Assembly: GCA_964016885.1 (NCBI GenBank)
Contig: OZ024747.1
Location: 26,288,001 to 26,352,000 of the forward strand
Source: Eledone cirrhosa
Lineage: Eukaryota
Direction: 5' to 3'
Length of the DNA: 64,000 nt
Numbering within the stretch: the first letter of the stretch is position 1; every line of letters begins with the position of its first letter. Position numbers and translations under genes: made by a program. The notes beneath the pieces were generated by a model. The model did not search any database, was not told the origin of the DNA, and saw only the letters and a program-made list of their open reading frames with translations. Shown here one piece after another: positions 45,511-59,100 of the stretch.

Positions 45511-45517
<7 letters not shown>
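44476..45517. mobile_element. Two about 425-bp direct repeats (44476-44898 and 45091-45517) with a 190-bp spacer, flanked by (TA)n; probable tandem PLE pLTR-type remnant
   Basis: Near-identical direct repeats are visible; both ends abut (TA)n, with no TG...CA LTR ends. Confidence 0.7.
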
Positions 45518-45545
<28 letters not shown>

Positions 45546-45710
45546 AATCCCAACACGCCCGTCCCTTCAATCTATCTTATTTCTCATTCTTTCTTCTGAT
45601 GTCCGAAACGTTAAGACCTTCTTCTTGCTATTTGAAGCCTTAACCTAATATATTGCTTCCATATACTGTATCGATTGTGTTCTTATTTCTGTTTACCTTT
45701 TACATATATA

Positions 45711-45767
<57 letters not shown>

Positions 45768-45837
45768 ACATATATGTGTGTGTGCGTGTGTGTGTGTGTG
45801 TCTGAGTGTGTGTGTGTGTGTGTTTACATATATGTGT

Positions 45838-45889
<52 letters not shown>

Positions 45890-46154
45890 ACATATATGTG
45901 TGTGTGTCTGAGTGTGTGTGTGTGTGTGTGTGCGTGTGAAAAATTAACGTAGATAGTGTAGTTTTCAGCAAAATCAGCTGCCTACCAACTGAGTCATGTA
46001 TGACCACCGACTTTACTATATAGAGAACTATTTACAAACAGACACAACTGTTGCAAGCAAACAAAACGAAAGATGTTTGATTATTTTGTTTGTTTAACGG
46101 TAAAGGTAATGTTTATACTACTTCTGTTTGAATTGGTTGAATAAACATGTTTTC

Positions 46155-46211
<57 letters not shown>

Positions 46212-46221
46212 TGTGTGTGTG

Positions 46222-46291
<70 letters not shown>

Positions 46292-46397
46292 TGTGTGCGT
46301 GAGACAGAGGGATTGTGTGTATATATATATATGTACACACACATATGTGTACATATATATATATATATACTTCATGTTTAGATAGATATATGAATTG

Positions 46398-46458
<61 letters not shown>

Positions 46459-46549
46459 CATGTACATGTACATATATGTAAATATACATACACACACACA
46501 CACACATATATATATATCATACATACACAAACATGTACATATATATGTG

Positions 46550-46583
<34 letters not shown>

Positions 46584-46676
46584 AGTCGTGTTGATGATGT
46601 CTGTATTCTCCAGTGTGTACTTGTTTGACCATTGAAATTTACATATATGTAAAGATCAAATTAAAAGGAAAAAAAT

Positions 46677-46784
<108 letters not shown>

Positions 46785-46944
46785 GTATGTGTGTGTGTGT
46801 GTGTGTGTGCGTGTATGTGCACAAACATTCATTCATACCTGCTTGTATTGATATTGTATCGATATATATAAATAGAGGTAGAGAAATATATCACCCCCCC
46901 CCCCCACATTACTTCTCCATCACGATTGACTGACAGCTTTGAAG

Positions 46945-48512
46945 ATGTGGTGGTATTGGTGGTGGTGGTGGTGGTGGTGGTGGTGATGGTGGTGGTGGTG
47001 GTGATGGTGGTGGTATTGGTGGTGGTGGTGGTGGTGGTGATGGTGGTGGCGCTGGTTGTAGTAGTGCTGGTAGTGGTGGTGGTGGTGGTGGTGTTGTTGT
47101 TGTTTACTGGTGGTGATGGTGGTGGTGGTGGTGGTGTTGTTGGTGGTGGTGGTGATGGTGGTATTGGTGGTGGTGGTGGTGGTGGTGATGGTGGTGGTGA
47201 TGGTGGTGGTGATGGTGGTGGCGCTGGTTGTAGTAGTGCTGGTAGTGGTGGTGGTGGTGGTGGTGATGGTGGTGGTGGTGGTGGTGGTGTTGTTGGTGGT
47301 GGTGGTGATGGTGGTGGTGGTGGTGGTGGTGGTGTTGTTGGTGGTGGTGGTGATGGTGGTGATGGTGGTGATGGTGGTGATGGTGGTGGTGGTGGTGGTG
47401 GTGGTGGTGGTACTGGTGGTGGTTGTGGTAGGGCTGGTAGTGGTGGTGGTGGCGGGGTTGTTGTTGTTGTTTACTGGTGGTGATAGTGGTGGTGATGGTG
47501 GTGATGGTGGTGGTGGTGGTGGTGGTGTTGTTGGTGGTGGTGGTGATGGTGGTGGTGGTGGTGGTGGTGGTGTTGTTGGTGGTGGTGGTGATGGTGGTGA
47601 TGGTGGTGATGGTGGTGGTGGTGGTGGTGGTGGTACTGGTGGTGGTTGTGGTAGTGGTACTGGTGGTGGTTGTGGTAGGGCTGGTAGTAGTGGTGGTGGC
47701 GGGGTTGTTGTTGTTGTTTACTGGTGGTGATGGTGGTGGTGGTGGTGATGGTGGTGGTGGTGGTGGTGGTGTTGTTGGTGGTGGTGGTGATGGTGGTGGT
47801 GGTGTTGTTGTTGTTTACTGGTGGTGATGGTGGTGGTGGTGGTGATGGTGGTGGTGGTGGTGGTGGTGTTGTTGGTGGTGGTGGTGATGGTGGTGGTGGT
47901 GGTGGTGGTGGTGGTGGTGGTGTTGTTGGTGGTGGTGGTGATGGTGGTGATGGTGGTGATGGTGGTGGTGGTGGTGGTGGTGGTGGTGGTACTGGTGGTG
48001 GTTGTGGTAGTGGTACTGGTGGTGGTTGTGGTAGGGCTGGTAGTGGTGGTGGTGGCGGGGTTGTTGTTGTTGTTTACTGGTGGTGATAGTGGTGGTGATG
48101 GTGGTGATGGTGGTGGTGATGGTGGTGGTGGTGGTGGTACTGCTGGTGGTTGTGGTAGGGCTGGTAGTGGTGGTGGTGGTGTTGTTGTTGTTGTTGGCGG
48201 TGGTGGTGATGGTGGTGGTGGTGGTGGTGTTTACTGGTGGTGATGGTGGTGGTGATGGTGGTGATGGTGGTGATGATGGTGGTGGTGGTGGTGGTGGTGG
48301 TGGTGGTGGTAGTGGTACTGCTGGTGGTTGTGGTAGGGCTGGTAGTGGTGGTGGTGGTGTTGTTGTTGTTGTTGGCGGTGGTAGTGGTGATGGTCGTGGT
48401 GGTGGTGGAGGTGTTTACTGATGGTGATGGTGGTGATGATGCTGCTGCTGGTGCTGGTGGTGTTGGTGTTGTTGCTGGTGGTGATGATGGTGGAGGTGGT
48501 AGCGGTGCTGGT
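46945..48512. repeat. (GGT)n-based array with higher-order blocks anchored by GTTGTTGTTTACTGG and GGTAGGGCTGGTAGT
   Basis: TTTACTG anchors near 47103, 47471, 47717, 47814, 48073, 48230 and 48414, each shifting the frame. Confidence 0.9.
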
Positions 48513-48674
48513 GAATGTATCAACAATGACAATGGTATTTATCAACCACTCAGCTAATAGATATTTATATCACTGATATGTGATAAACAACAGTCAATTG
48601 CTTAACATTTCGTAAGCTTACAGAGAGTCGTCATTTAGATATATCCAACCATTGCTCATTCAGCCTTTAATGAA

Positions 48675-48813
<139 letters not shown>

Positions 48814-49233
48814 TTGTATGTGCGAATGAATTAGACAATGCACTTATTACATAATTTATTCAAGTCTATGCCTCCTTGCAACTCAGAGAAATATAATTAT
48901 GCACAAATATGCCATTTTCTATCTCTGGCCCCGCTGACCGTTGGCCAAAGGCTTTTCCAGCCATTGTCAGCCTGTATTTCTTTCTCCAAATCCCACTTTC
49001 CTTTTTTAAAACAGTATGATCAGATATGAGGGAGTTTTAGCTGCTATATCAATTTACAGTTACAAAAATTTGCATTAGTATCTGAGTGAATTGATTACCG
49101 ATCATGTATCATGATATTTTAATTGAATATTGATCATCTATTTTAATATTTTAACAATGTTTCTCTCCCGACATCAACACTGTGGAAGTGTCTCTAAATA
49201 AATATATTTAACTCTTAAATGGATCGGTCCACC

Positions 49234-49560
49234 TATGCGGGTCGGCTGAAAAGCTCATAGGTTGACCAAGATGCTCTCATGGTATGTGACCAAATGAGGT
49301 TTGTTTTTTAACATAGGCCCCCTTGCGATCCAAACACATCTTCCATCGGTGTTGCAGTACTTGGATCGCATTGGTGAAGAAACTATCATCCTGTTGGTCA
49401 AAAAGGTCATCAACAGCAGATATGATTTTATCATCACTGCGATACTGGTTCCTAGACAAGTGTTTTTTTTATGTTGGGGAAAAGATGATAGTGAGATGGG
49501 GCCAAATCAGGAGAATAGGGAGGGTGATCAACCTGTTTAAAGCCACATTCACGCACGTGG
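49234..49560 (-). mobile_element. Mariner transposase C-terminal relic
   Basis: Minus strand translates DHPPYSPDLAPSHYHLFPNIKK, then after a frameshift YRSDDKIISAVDDLFDQQDDSFFTNAIQVLQHRWKMCLDRKGAYV (YSPDLAPxD mariner motif). Confidence 0.9.
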
Positions 49561-50241
49561 TTATATAGAGGTACTGCAGATAAAGACAAACAAACCAGCG
49601 ATAGAACTGCAATACCCACGAGCCTTTAGTTGTTAGAGACGTTGTTGTTGTTGTTGCTGGTGTTGTTGTTGTTTTTATTGTTGTTGCAGTATTTAACCAT
49701 ACCCCACCCTATTCAACTTTTCAGTATAAGCACACCTTAGACAAATATCTTCTATAATAGCCGGAGGTTGGCTGATACCTTCTGAAGTTTGGTAGACTGA
49801 AATTGAAGAAGCCAGTCATGTGTGTGTGCGTATGTGTGTGTATGTGTGTTTGTATGTGCGTCTGTCTATCAGTATCTGTGTTTACGTTTGAATCTTCAGC
49901 TGTGTTTCTGTCCCGGAACTTGCAAAAATGAGGTCGATTAAATAAATAACAGACTTAAGAATAAGCACTGGGGTCGATATGGCCACAGTCTAATGATTGC
50001 AATCACTAAAAGAATAAATGAATAAGTAATAGAAGAGTTCTATTGAAAACAGACACGTTGGTGTGTCAATTTATCCTGGAATGATATGCTGTGGCTTTGG
50101 TAGTAATTAGAAGGGTGGCTGTTATACATCATTGAGAGGAAGAACGATATTACCCACGGCGTTTATACAAAATAACACTTTGTAGATGATGAAAATATAT
50201 GAGAGAGTTGGTTATGACGTATGACCGGATTGTGGAGGTGG

Positions 50242-50439
50242 TAGACCTGCCAACCTCTAAAAATCTAAACGGGGAATACCATGAAACAAAGTGCCCCAAA
50301 ACGGGTAGAAATGAGTCAAAATGGGTAGATTTTACATAATGAAAGATTACCCATTTTTACCAGAGAAGACATCTCTCACCCAGCCCAAAGTGGGTGGATG
50401 GGATATCTCCCCGTCGGACGGAGATAATTGTAATGTCTG
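50242..50439. mobile_element. Second, inverted copy of the 6-bp-TSD MITE
   Basis: Homologous to the reverse complement of 23766-23959; flanks AGGTGG and AGATGG. Confidence 0.7.
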
Positions 50440-50883
50440 AGATGGGCAACGGCAATATTTGGTCGTGTTAACTATATATATCCATATCTCAATTAAAATG
50501 TTGATATACTACTAAGGTCATGACTGATTGACCATAGGCTTACTTCTCTGAGACACAAGCCGAGGCAGGGTGTTTAGTGTAACACCAATAGTCACCTTTG
50601 AATGCAAGTATTCCCTCTCCGTGACATTGGTGTTGTCCATGAGTCGCTACAGCTTGACACCAGTGTCGTCACAACTCATTTCCCCCCACCCAAGCTGAGT
50701 GGAATGGAGTAAGGTGAAATAAAATGTCTTGCTTAAGGACACAACAAAAGTCCAGCACGATAACCACAAGGCCACGTACCTATTAAAATGTTCATATGTC
50801 CACAAACCTATCAATAAATAAGCATAGAGGGAAGTACAAATACACACACTTAAATACCAGGTCATATCTATATATCTATCTGA

Positions 50884-50920
<37 letters not shown>

Positions 50921-50986
50921 ACTTAGAGTTTACACTCAATGGGGTCATTTACAATTATTTCAGCTCTAAGAATCGCTTCTGAGCAG

Positions 50987-51240
50987 TATAAATTAATATA
51001 TGATAAACATTTACATGTTTTAGTTGCAATTGACTAATAAAATAGTTAGAATGAAATATCTTAATTCAATACATATAGTTTGCCTGTACGATCTAAAAAA
51101 TAATAAATCAATACTCACAGACCCATTTTTTAGATCGTACAGGCAAACTATATGTATTTGAATTAAGATATTTCATTCTAACTATTTTATTAGTCAATTG
51201 CAACTAAAACATGTAAATGTTTATCATATATTAATTTATA
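50987..51240. repeat. Fold-back inverted repeat (arms 50987-51101 and 51125-51240) within (TA)n
   Basis: Near-perfect reverse-complement arms, a 23-nt spacer, and an unpaired left extension at about 50921-50986. Confidence 0.92.
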
Positions 51241-51247
51241 TATATAT

Positions 51248-51637
<390 letters not shown>

Positions 51638-52378
51638 CAGTGTTGAACAAACGAGCAACGATGGTTGCTAGACACTACGGCTTAATACGGGATGTTTGTT
51701 TACAAACACACCGAGCTTTATAATAAATGTTCGGTGAATCCATACGTACATATATATATGTGTGCATGTATGTATATATATATACATACTACTGTACGTC
51801 TGTATACATATATGTATGTACGTGTACATACTTATATTTAAGTAACAGCCGTACTAAGAGTGGGAAATGAAATTTCCACACACACACACCCAAAAAAAAA
51901 AATGTTTTCCCACACGCCACCTACACCCACAACACGCTTAAACCCCACACACACACGTGCGTTCCACCACATATTTACACATTCAGCCTCCGGATTCCTC
52001 TCCCCCCACCCATCTATCCACACACGCACACACACTCCGACCTGCACCCCACCCCACACACACCTCTTCCTGAACATGCAACCCCGTTCTTCCCCAACCC
52101 TTGCTTTCACATACACACACACACACGTACACCTACACACACACACCACCTTCAGCCCTCCCCGCTCGAACACCCCGTCTCCCTCTCCCCACTCCACCCG
52201 CCACCACCCCTACACGCCCCACACCCTTCCACCACCTGTTTTACCCCATTTTAATTTTATTTTGATCATGCTTTTATTTTTAATTTCATTCGTACCGTTT
52301 CCTCCCACCCCCTTTTCGCTATATGTCTCTCCACCACTCCCCTACACACCCTTTGAACTCTCTTCCCACACACTCTTC

Positions 52379-52410
52379 ACCTGAAGAAGGGCTTATGCCC
52401 GAAACGTCGT
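52379..52410 (+). ncRNA. Minimal hammerhead motif (PLE type) with weak stem I
   Basis: CTGAAGA-A-GGGC ttat GCCC-GAAAC-GTC. Only 2 bp of stem I; followed by AATAAA at about 52447. Confidence 0.55.
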
Positions 52411-52581
52411 TCCCCACCACCACCCCACTCTCAAGAGCGTGAAATTAATAAACATTCGTTGTACTGCCTCTCTGTTTTGTTCCTGTTCAAATTTAGTTTC
52501 TGTGTGTGTCAGACACACACAGAAACAAAATGGCGTAGGATAGAAGAAAGGAAAAGCACAGAAACGAAGAAAGGAATCCCC

Positions 52582-52626
52582 AGTCACTGAAGAGGTCACA
52601 GAGTGTGTGACGAAAGGACTATGACT
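52582..52626 (+). ncRNA. Type I hammerhead motif
   Basis: AGTCA-CTGAAGA-G-GTCACA gagtg TGTGAC-GAAA-GGAC-T-A-TGACT, with a perfect 5-bp stem I and 6-bp stem II. Confidence 0.65.
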
Positions 52627-52786
52627 ATATATATAAACAACTATCTGGTTGTGGAACCAACCAACCAACCAGAAATTTATAAGTTTGTGAATTTGTAAAT
52701 TTATAAATTTATAAATATATAATAAATTGAAGTGAAAGCAACTGGTGCGTGTGTTTCTTATTGGCAACATGACCCTCCCAAAGTAT

Positions 52787-52900
<114 letters not shown>

Positions 52901-52952
52901 AACAAAACACAGGAGGCAATTTTACAGTTATATTATGGGTTCACACTGGTAG

Positions 52953-53022
<70 letters not shown>

Positions 53023-53299
53023 AATGTGTCAATGTCATTACGCACATACAATCTGGCAATTAATTTAACGCACTGGGTGTCTAACGGTATCTATTCTATG
53101 TTAGTTTTTATGTTAGATAAAACGGTAGTATCCATAGACGTGTTAGGTTAACTCAGGGTTTTGACAGCTGTAGGGATACTAATGTGATTCAGTTTGGTTC
53201 AAGTGTCATTGTAGCTGCTGATAATCGAGCTAATAATGTATAAAGCAATCAATCAGATCGACTGTATTTTGTACTCTACCGAAAAGCTGTTTGAGGCTC

Positions 53300-53650
53300 A
53301 GTGAACTCAGTTTGGCCGAATGGTTAAGTAGTTCTCTTTGCAATCATTAGATTCTGAGTTCGATCACACTGTGTGGCATCTAGGAGAAATGTTATTTACC
53401 ATAGCCTCGCGTTCACCCATGTGTTGTAACTGGGTAGACGGAAACTGTTTGGAAGCCCGTCGGATAGGCAGTATCTGTAATTCAAAGGACCAGCCTTGTC
53501 ACACACTATGTCACGCTGAATTTCCCTGAGAATTACAATAAGGGTACGCGTATGTGGAATGCTCAACATTTTGCTCGTTAATTTCATGGGTAGATTGTTC
53601 CATTGATTGAACAACTGAAACACTCATCGTCGAAACCGATGAATATCCAT
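53300..53650 (+). mobile_element. Family B-related tRNA-derived SINE (decayed)
   Basis: TGGCCGAATGGTTAAG A-box-like head, GAGTTCGATC, and a tail shared with 22240-22380 and 60080-60240. Confidence 0.6.
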
Positions 53651-53680
53651 TCCCAAATTAATGATATATATATATATATA

Positions 53681-53873
53681 TATAACGAAGGAAATGTGGT
53701 AAGGAACCAGGTGGACCATAACGCACCAAAGTACTCAATACTTGGGGTAGTAGAGTGGGTAATAGGAACCAGTAAGACCCCGACGGCTGAGCTCAAGCCG
53801 TTTCGACGGCTAATTCAGTATTGAGTACTTTGGTGCGTTATGGTCCACCTGGTTCCTTACCACATTTCCTTCG

Positions 53874-53878
<5 letters not shown>
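53681..53878. mobile_element. Fold-back module, family C copy 3 (arms 53681-53742 and 53817-53878)
   Basis: Perfect 62-bp inverted arms, same family as 27703 and 28045, flanked by (TA)n. Confidence 0.85.
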
Positions 53879-53943
<65 letters not shown>

Positions 53944-54395
53944 CAATAATAATAAAGGTGAAAACTAAAATCCAAAGAGGGCTCGATAGGGATAAATATA
54001 TATCAACTATATTTATATTATAAAGTTGAGTGTCCTGTGTATGTATTATGTATGTATCCTACACACCTCCCTATAGTTCACCCTCTCTATAATTTAACTG
54101 CTTTACTCTCTGTCTCTCTTCACTCTCTATATGACAACACTCTTTTACTTTCCGTAGAGATGAGCGTCGTATGTGAATTCGGTCAACACGTATGTATCCT
54201 ACACACCTCCCTATAGTTTCTTAGCTTTACTCTCTCCGTCGCTCTTCCCCTCTCTATAATAGATCATTCCCCTCTCTATAATTTAACTACTTTACTCTCT
54301 GTCTCTCTTCACTCTCTATATGACAGCATGTAATACATACATCAAAAGGCAACCCTCTTAGAGAGACAGAGAGTGAAAGAGACACATTAGGAAAA

Positions 54396-54431
<36 letters not shown>

Positions 54432-54685
54432 CTAAAGAGAGAGAGAGGAGAGAGAAGATGGGAACGGGTTTTTGTAGTTCTTCATATGATTAGACTTTAG
54501 TAAAGCTTATCAGGACAACATCTCACTACACCATACAGTCATTGACCTTCTTAGTCAGTCTTTGTCTTCTTACACTAATTCTATCTCTCTCTATATATCA
54601 ATATACTTCTCACTTATCCACTCTCTCTCTCCCTCTCTCTGCATTTTTAGTAACTACAATGACACTATTATGTTGCAATAAATAA

Positions 54686-54901
54686 GGGCGGAGGATTGGC
54701 AGTATCGGTAGAGAATAGGACACCATGCTTTGCAGCATAGAGTTACGGCCCTTGGCGGTCTGAGTTCAAATCCCACTGAGGTTAACTTTGCCTTTCATCC
54801 TTGCGGGGTAGATAAAATAAAGTACCAGTCACGCACTGGGGTCGATTCAATCGACTTTCCCCTCCTCCCAAATAACTGGCGTTGTGCCTATACTATAAAT
54901 C
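54686..54901 (+). mobile_element. Full-length family A SINE with 19-bp TSD
   Basis: TSD ATTATGTTGCAATAAATAA at 54667-54685 and 54902-54920. Confidence 0.92.
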
Positions 54902-55164
54902 ATTATGTTGCAATAAATAATCAGCAAAATCAAATATGTCGGTGCTAGTTCGAATCATTTGCACGTGAACAATGTAGATTTCCTAATTAATTCGACTTGT
55001 GTTGTCACCTGGTAAAACAACATCGGTTATTGTCAAGAACACTGAAGATCCTGCGAGTGCACAGGGGAAACTCCAGAGAAACAAGGCCTATTGCTTAGTC
55101 ATAATAAATATTTAAATTCTACTTCAGTATTGAGTACTTTGTCTCACATCCGTCAATAAAACAC

Positions 55165-55219
<55 letters not shown>

Positions 55220-55790
55220 AAAAGATAGAGGTGTAACACACGAGTTGTGATATATTAGTAAAAGGAAAGTTTTAGTTTTAAGTTTTTACCGGTTGCGCAT
55301 TTCTAATGCTTTTCAAAAATAATTTTGAGATAGAGCGCTCGTGGTGTTTGAGCCGGTTTGTGATTTGAACTCGGGAATTTTATATTCTCCGAGCGAGAGG
55401 AGCCTTCTGACGAGAATCCCCTTCTCAATGGTGGTCTGTCTGGATTATCCTTTTACTAATATATATATATATATATATATATCTTCCAGTTGCTCACACA
55501 CATGTGCTTCAGGTTTCCCTTTTCGGTTTGTTGCTTCCCGTTTGTTTGTTTTTTCACTTTTTTTTTCCTTTTTCTTCCCTCTTCCCTTCTGTTACTATTT
55601 TTTTCTCTCTTATCCCATTTTTTCCCAATAACCTCCTTGGATTATTGACGCCCTGGGGTGAGACATATTGTCTTTAATGCATTGAAATGTCCAAGACCCC
55701 CAGCAGACATGAATGGACCTGTTATTTTTATCTAAGGACATTTTTTACAATTCCAACCCACCCGTCCCCTCAATCTTATTTCTCATTCTT

Positions 55791-55826
55791 TCTTCTGATG
55801 AAGGACTAGCGTCCGAAACGTTAAGA
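55791..55826 (+). ncRNA. Minimal type I hammerhead ribozyme in a PLE-like terminus (about 55480-55910)
   Basis: TCTT-CTGATGA-A-GGAC tagc GTCC-GAAAC-GTT-AAGA. Stems I and II are perfect; helix III is a loop-less palindrome. Confidence 0.75.
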
Positions 55827-55905
55827 CCCTCTTCCTGCTATATCAAGCGTTAACCTAATATATCCTTCCATATACTGTACCGATTGTGTTGTTATTTCTG
55901 TTTAC

Positions 55906-55936
<31 letters not shown>

Positions 55937-56127
55937 TCTCAAACGATCGACTTTCGTCAAATCGGACCGAGGAAACAATGTTTCAATTGGTCTTTCCAAT
56001 TGCTAATACTATCTATCGGTCGCAACTCCAGGTAGAAGGAGCAACGTGAAAATAAAGTGGTCCAGGAATCGAACTCACAACCTTACGATTGCGAATGCAA
56101 ATCTCTAACCACTCAGCCACACGCCTT

Positions 56128-56302
<175 letters not shown>

Positions 56303-56679
56303 AATATAGAGCGGAAAAACACAGGAGAGTGTGTTTTCATTTACAGGAACTCTAAGACCACTAGCGTGAAGAACATTTAAGCTACAGCTGGTTCGGGAAA
56401 TACATTATAATTAACTCTTGCGTTTTTCCTCTCTGTATTGTATTTTGAAGTGCCCAGGAAATCGTTTTCCTTTGAGCTCATTAAATTACAGGGTTATACG
56501 CGAGTCCTTTACTCCGTTGCTTTACTTTATATATATACACATATACATACATACATACATACATACATACATACATGATATGAAGGTTAAAAAACACTTG
56601 TGGATAGTTCAGTTTTAAATCAACATATGAGAAGTAGTTTTAGATTGATGTGTGATATTGGGAAAAATATTTTATTTAG

Positions 56680-57752
56680 AATGCTATAGTTAGTAATATT
56701 GGAAAAAGAATATCTAACCTATCTTCTAATAAAAACATCTTTGATGCTAACGCCAATTACTATAATAACGCGCTTTCTAAAGCCGGCTATCCTGATAAAA
56801 TCAAATATAGTAAAGAAACAAATTCTAGAAGAAATTACAGTAGAATAATTAATCATGATCATTCCAATAACTTTAATAAAAGACCTAGATACAAAAACAT
56901 AATCTGGTATAATGCTCCTTTCTCCATCTCTATTAATAACAATATTCCTAAATTATTCTTTAGTGCCTTAAATAAATGCTTCCCTCCCTCACATATCTAT
57001 AGTAAAATATTTAACAAACACACTATAAAATTTTCTTATTCTACATCCTCCAACATTTCCAACATTATCTCTAAACACAACAATAAAATACTAAATACTA
57101 AATCTCTTCCTTCCAACACTGAATTTCATAATAATAGTACTCCCGACGTCATTGTAAACCCTAGGCTAATTTCTACAAACCCAAATACAACGTCAAACAC
57201 AACTTCGCTAAATGTTCATAATCCCATTCTAAATCAAGAAACTATTATTCCTATCGCAAACAACTTCTCCAATCCAATTCCTTCTATAGATAACACTAGG
57301 TCACTCATTAATAATCTCTCTAATTGCAATTGCAATTGCCCTATTAAAAATAAATGTCCTCTCAACAACCATTGTCTTGATAAAAACTTAATTTACGAAT
57401 GTAAATTGACACCAATTCCTTCACCTATTTTGGCTCCACTTCCACCTCTTTTAAAGCTCGTCTTTATAACCATCATTCGTCTTTTAAATACAAACTTAAA
57501 AGAACCAACACGGCTCTCTCAGAACTCATGTGGTCCTTGAAAGATAAAAATATTAAATATAACATCTTTTGGAAGAAGGTTTCTTCTGCGTCTTCATACT
57601 TGAACAGTTCTCTATCCAAAATCTGCAATCTCTGTCTAAATGAAAAATTTACCATTATCTCTAATCTAGATTCTATAATAAATAGACGCACTGACTTGTT
57701 TTCTATCTGCTTGCATAAATTCCATAAAACATTTCACAAAGTATACAGCTAA
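56680..57752 (+). pseudogene. PLE ORF remnant: RT C-terminus, Cys-rich linker and GIY-YIG endonuclease, with one frameshift near 57420
   Basis: Hand translation: IGKRISNLSSNKNIF..YNNALSKAGY..NIIWYNAPFS..FPPSH..KIFNKHTIKFSYS..NIISKHNNKIL..CNCPIKNKCPLNNHCLDKNLIYECKL / TYFGSTSTSFKARLYNHHSSF..TALSELMWSLKD..CNLCLNEK..INRRTDLFSICLH, stop at 57750-57752. Confidence 0.88.
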
Positions 57753-57863
57753 TATTCAATTTTTTATCAATTTAGAATCTTTTTCTCAAAGGCACACATA
57801 TATATATACACTTCTTTTAAAAATATACCCATCTTTCTACCTTATTTCAAAGGTCATTATACA

Positions 57864-58560
57864 TTCTATAATACTTGTCTACTCTTTCTACATCACCCCT
57901 ATTTATCACTTCCCTTTCCTCTCTTCTTCTTCTAATGTCTAACCCCTAATCTGTACCTTTTCTCACTCCTGCCTAACATAGAATCAATTATTACATAATA
58001 CAACACATTCTTACTCTATATCACCTTGTAAAAATCCTTCGTAAACATATACATTTTTTTTACGTTAGATTATTCATCCCCAATTCACTATTCTTTTCTC
58101 CCTTTCATCTAACTCATTTTTTCTTCGCACATATTATCAAACCCCTCAATATAAAAACCTTAACTTTACATTATTTTTCTCTTCGTTAATTTTCAAATTC
58201 TATAATACTTGTCTACTCTTTCTACATCACCCCTATTTATCACTTCCCTTTCTTCTCTTCTTCTTCTAATATCTAACCCCTAATCTGTACCTTTTCTCAC
58301 TCTTGCCTAACATAGAATCAATTATTACATAACACAACACATTCTTACTCTATATCACCTTGTAAAAATCCTTTGTAAACATATACATTTTTTTTGACGT
58401 TAGATTATTCATCCTCAATTCATTATACTTTTCTCCCCTTCATCTAACTCATTATTCTCAATAGATATTAACTCTTTCTTTTTCTTCGCACATATTATCA
58501 AACCCCTCAATATACAAACCTTAACTTTACATTATTTTTCTTTTCGTTAATTTTCAAATT
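57864..58560. repeat. About 334-bp tandem duplication in the PLE 3' non-coding region
   Basis: ATACTTGTCTACTCTTTCTACATCACCCC occurs at 57871 and 58205. Confidence 0.85.
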
Positions 58561-58871
58561 CTTTTAATTTATACATTATCTTCCAACGGTTTTCAACCTC
58601 TCTATGTAAAACAATATATCTTTCTCAGTTATAAAAGCTATCTCTCTCTCTCTCTATCACCCATCTCTCCTCCTATCTCATCCTTCCTCATTATACTCCT
58701 CCCTCTCCACCTTCACTCTCATCTCCTCCTTTTTTTCATCCTTTCCACCACCCCCCCCCTCTAAATAAAATATTTTTCCCAATATCACACATCAATCTAA
58801 AACTACTTCTCATATGTTGATTTAAAACTGAAATATCCACAAGTGTTTTTTAACCTTCATATCATGTCCTG

Positions 58872-58938
58872 TTTTATCTGATGAAAACACAAATATTATT
58901 GCATGATGATATTTGTTTTTGAAATGCGCATAATAAAA
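58872..58938 (+). ncRNA. Type I hammerhead ribozyme in the PLE 3' pLTR
   Basis: TTTTAT-CTGATGA-stem II-GAAA-TGCGCA-T-A-ATAAAA. Confidence 0.82.
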
Positions 58939-59061
58939 TACATGGAACTCTTTTAACCATCTTTTGTTCTTATATATTATATATATATATACATATATAA
59001 TTGGTTGTTTTGGAAGCCTCAACAATGCATATGGGTAAATCTCCGGGAAACAGAATCAGGT

Positions 59062-59100
<39 letters not shown>

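Larger units (their letters stand above)
56574..58975 (+). mobile_element. 5'-truncated Penelope-like retroelement (Naiad clade) with an inverted 5' pLTR fragment (56574-56680) and a 3' pLTR
   Basis: 56574-56680 is the reverse complement of 58760-58866. Contains the RT-thumb, linker and GIY-YIG coding region; both ends lie in AT-rich microsatellites. Confidence 0.9.

Noticed and set aside
46926-48557. Gly-rich or His-rich structural protein
   Set aside because: (GGT)n array with repeated frame-shifting anchors and no signal peptide or splice support.
54010-54480. Second Helitron with internal duplications
   Set aside because: Helitron-like start and ACGGG...GTAG end, but termini and hairpin are too degenerate to call.
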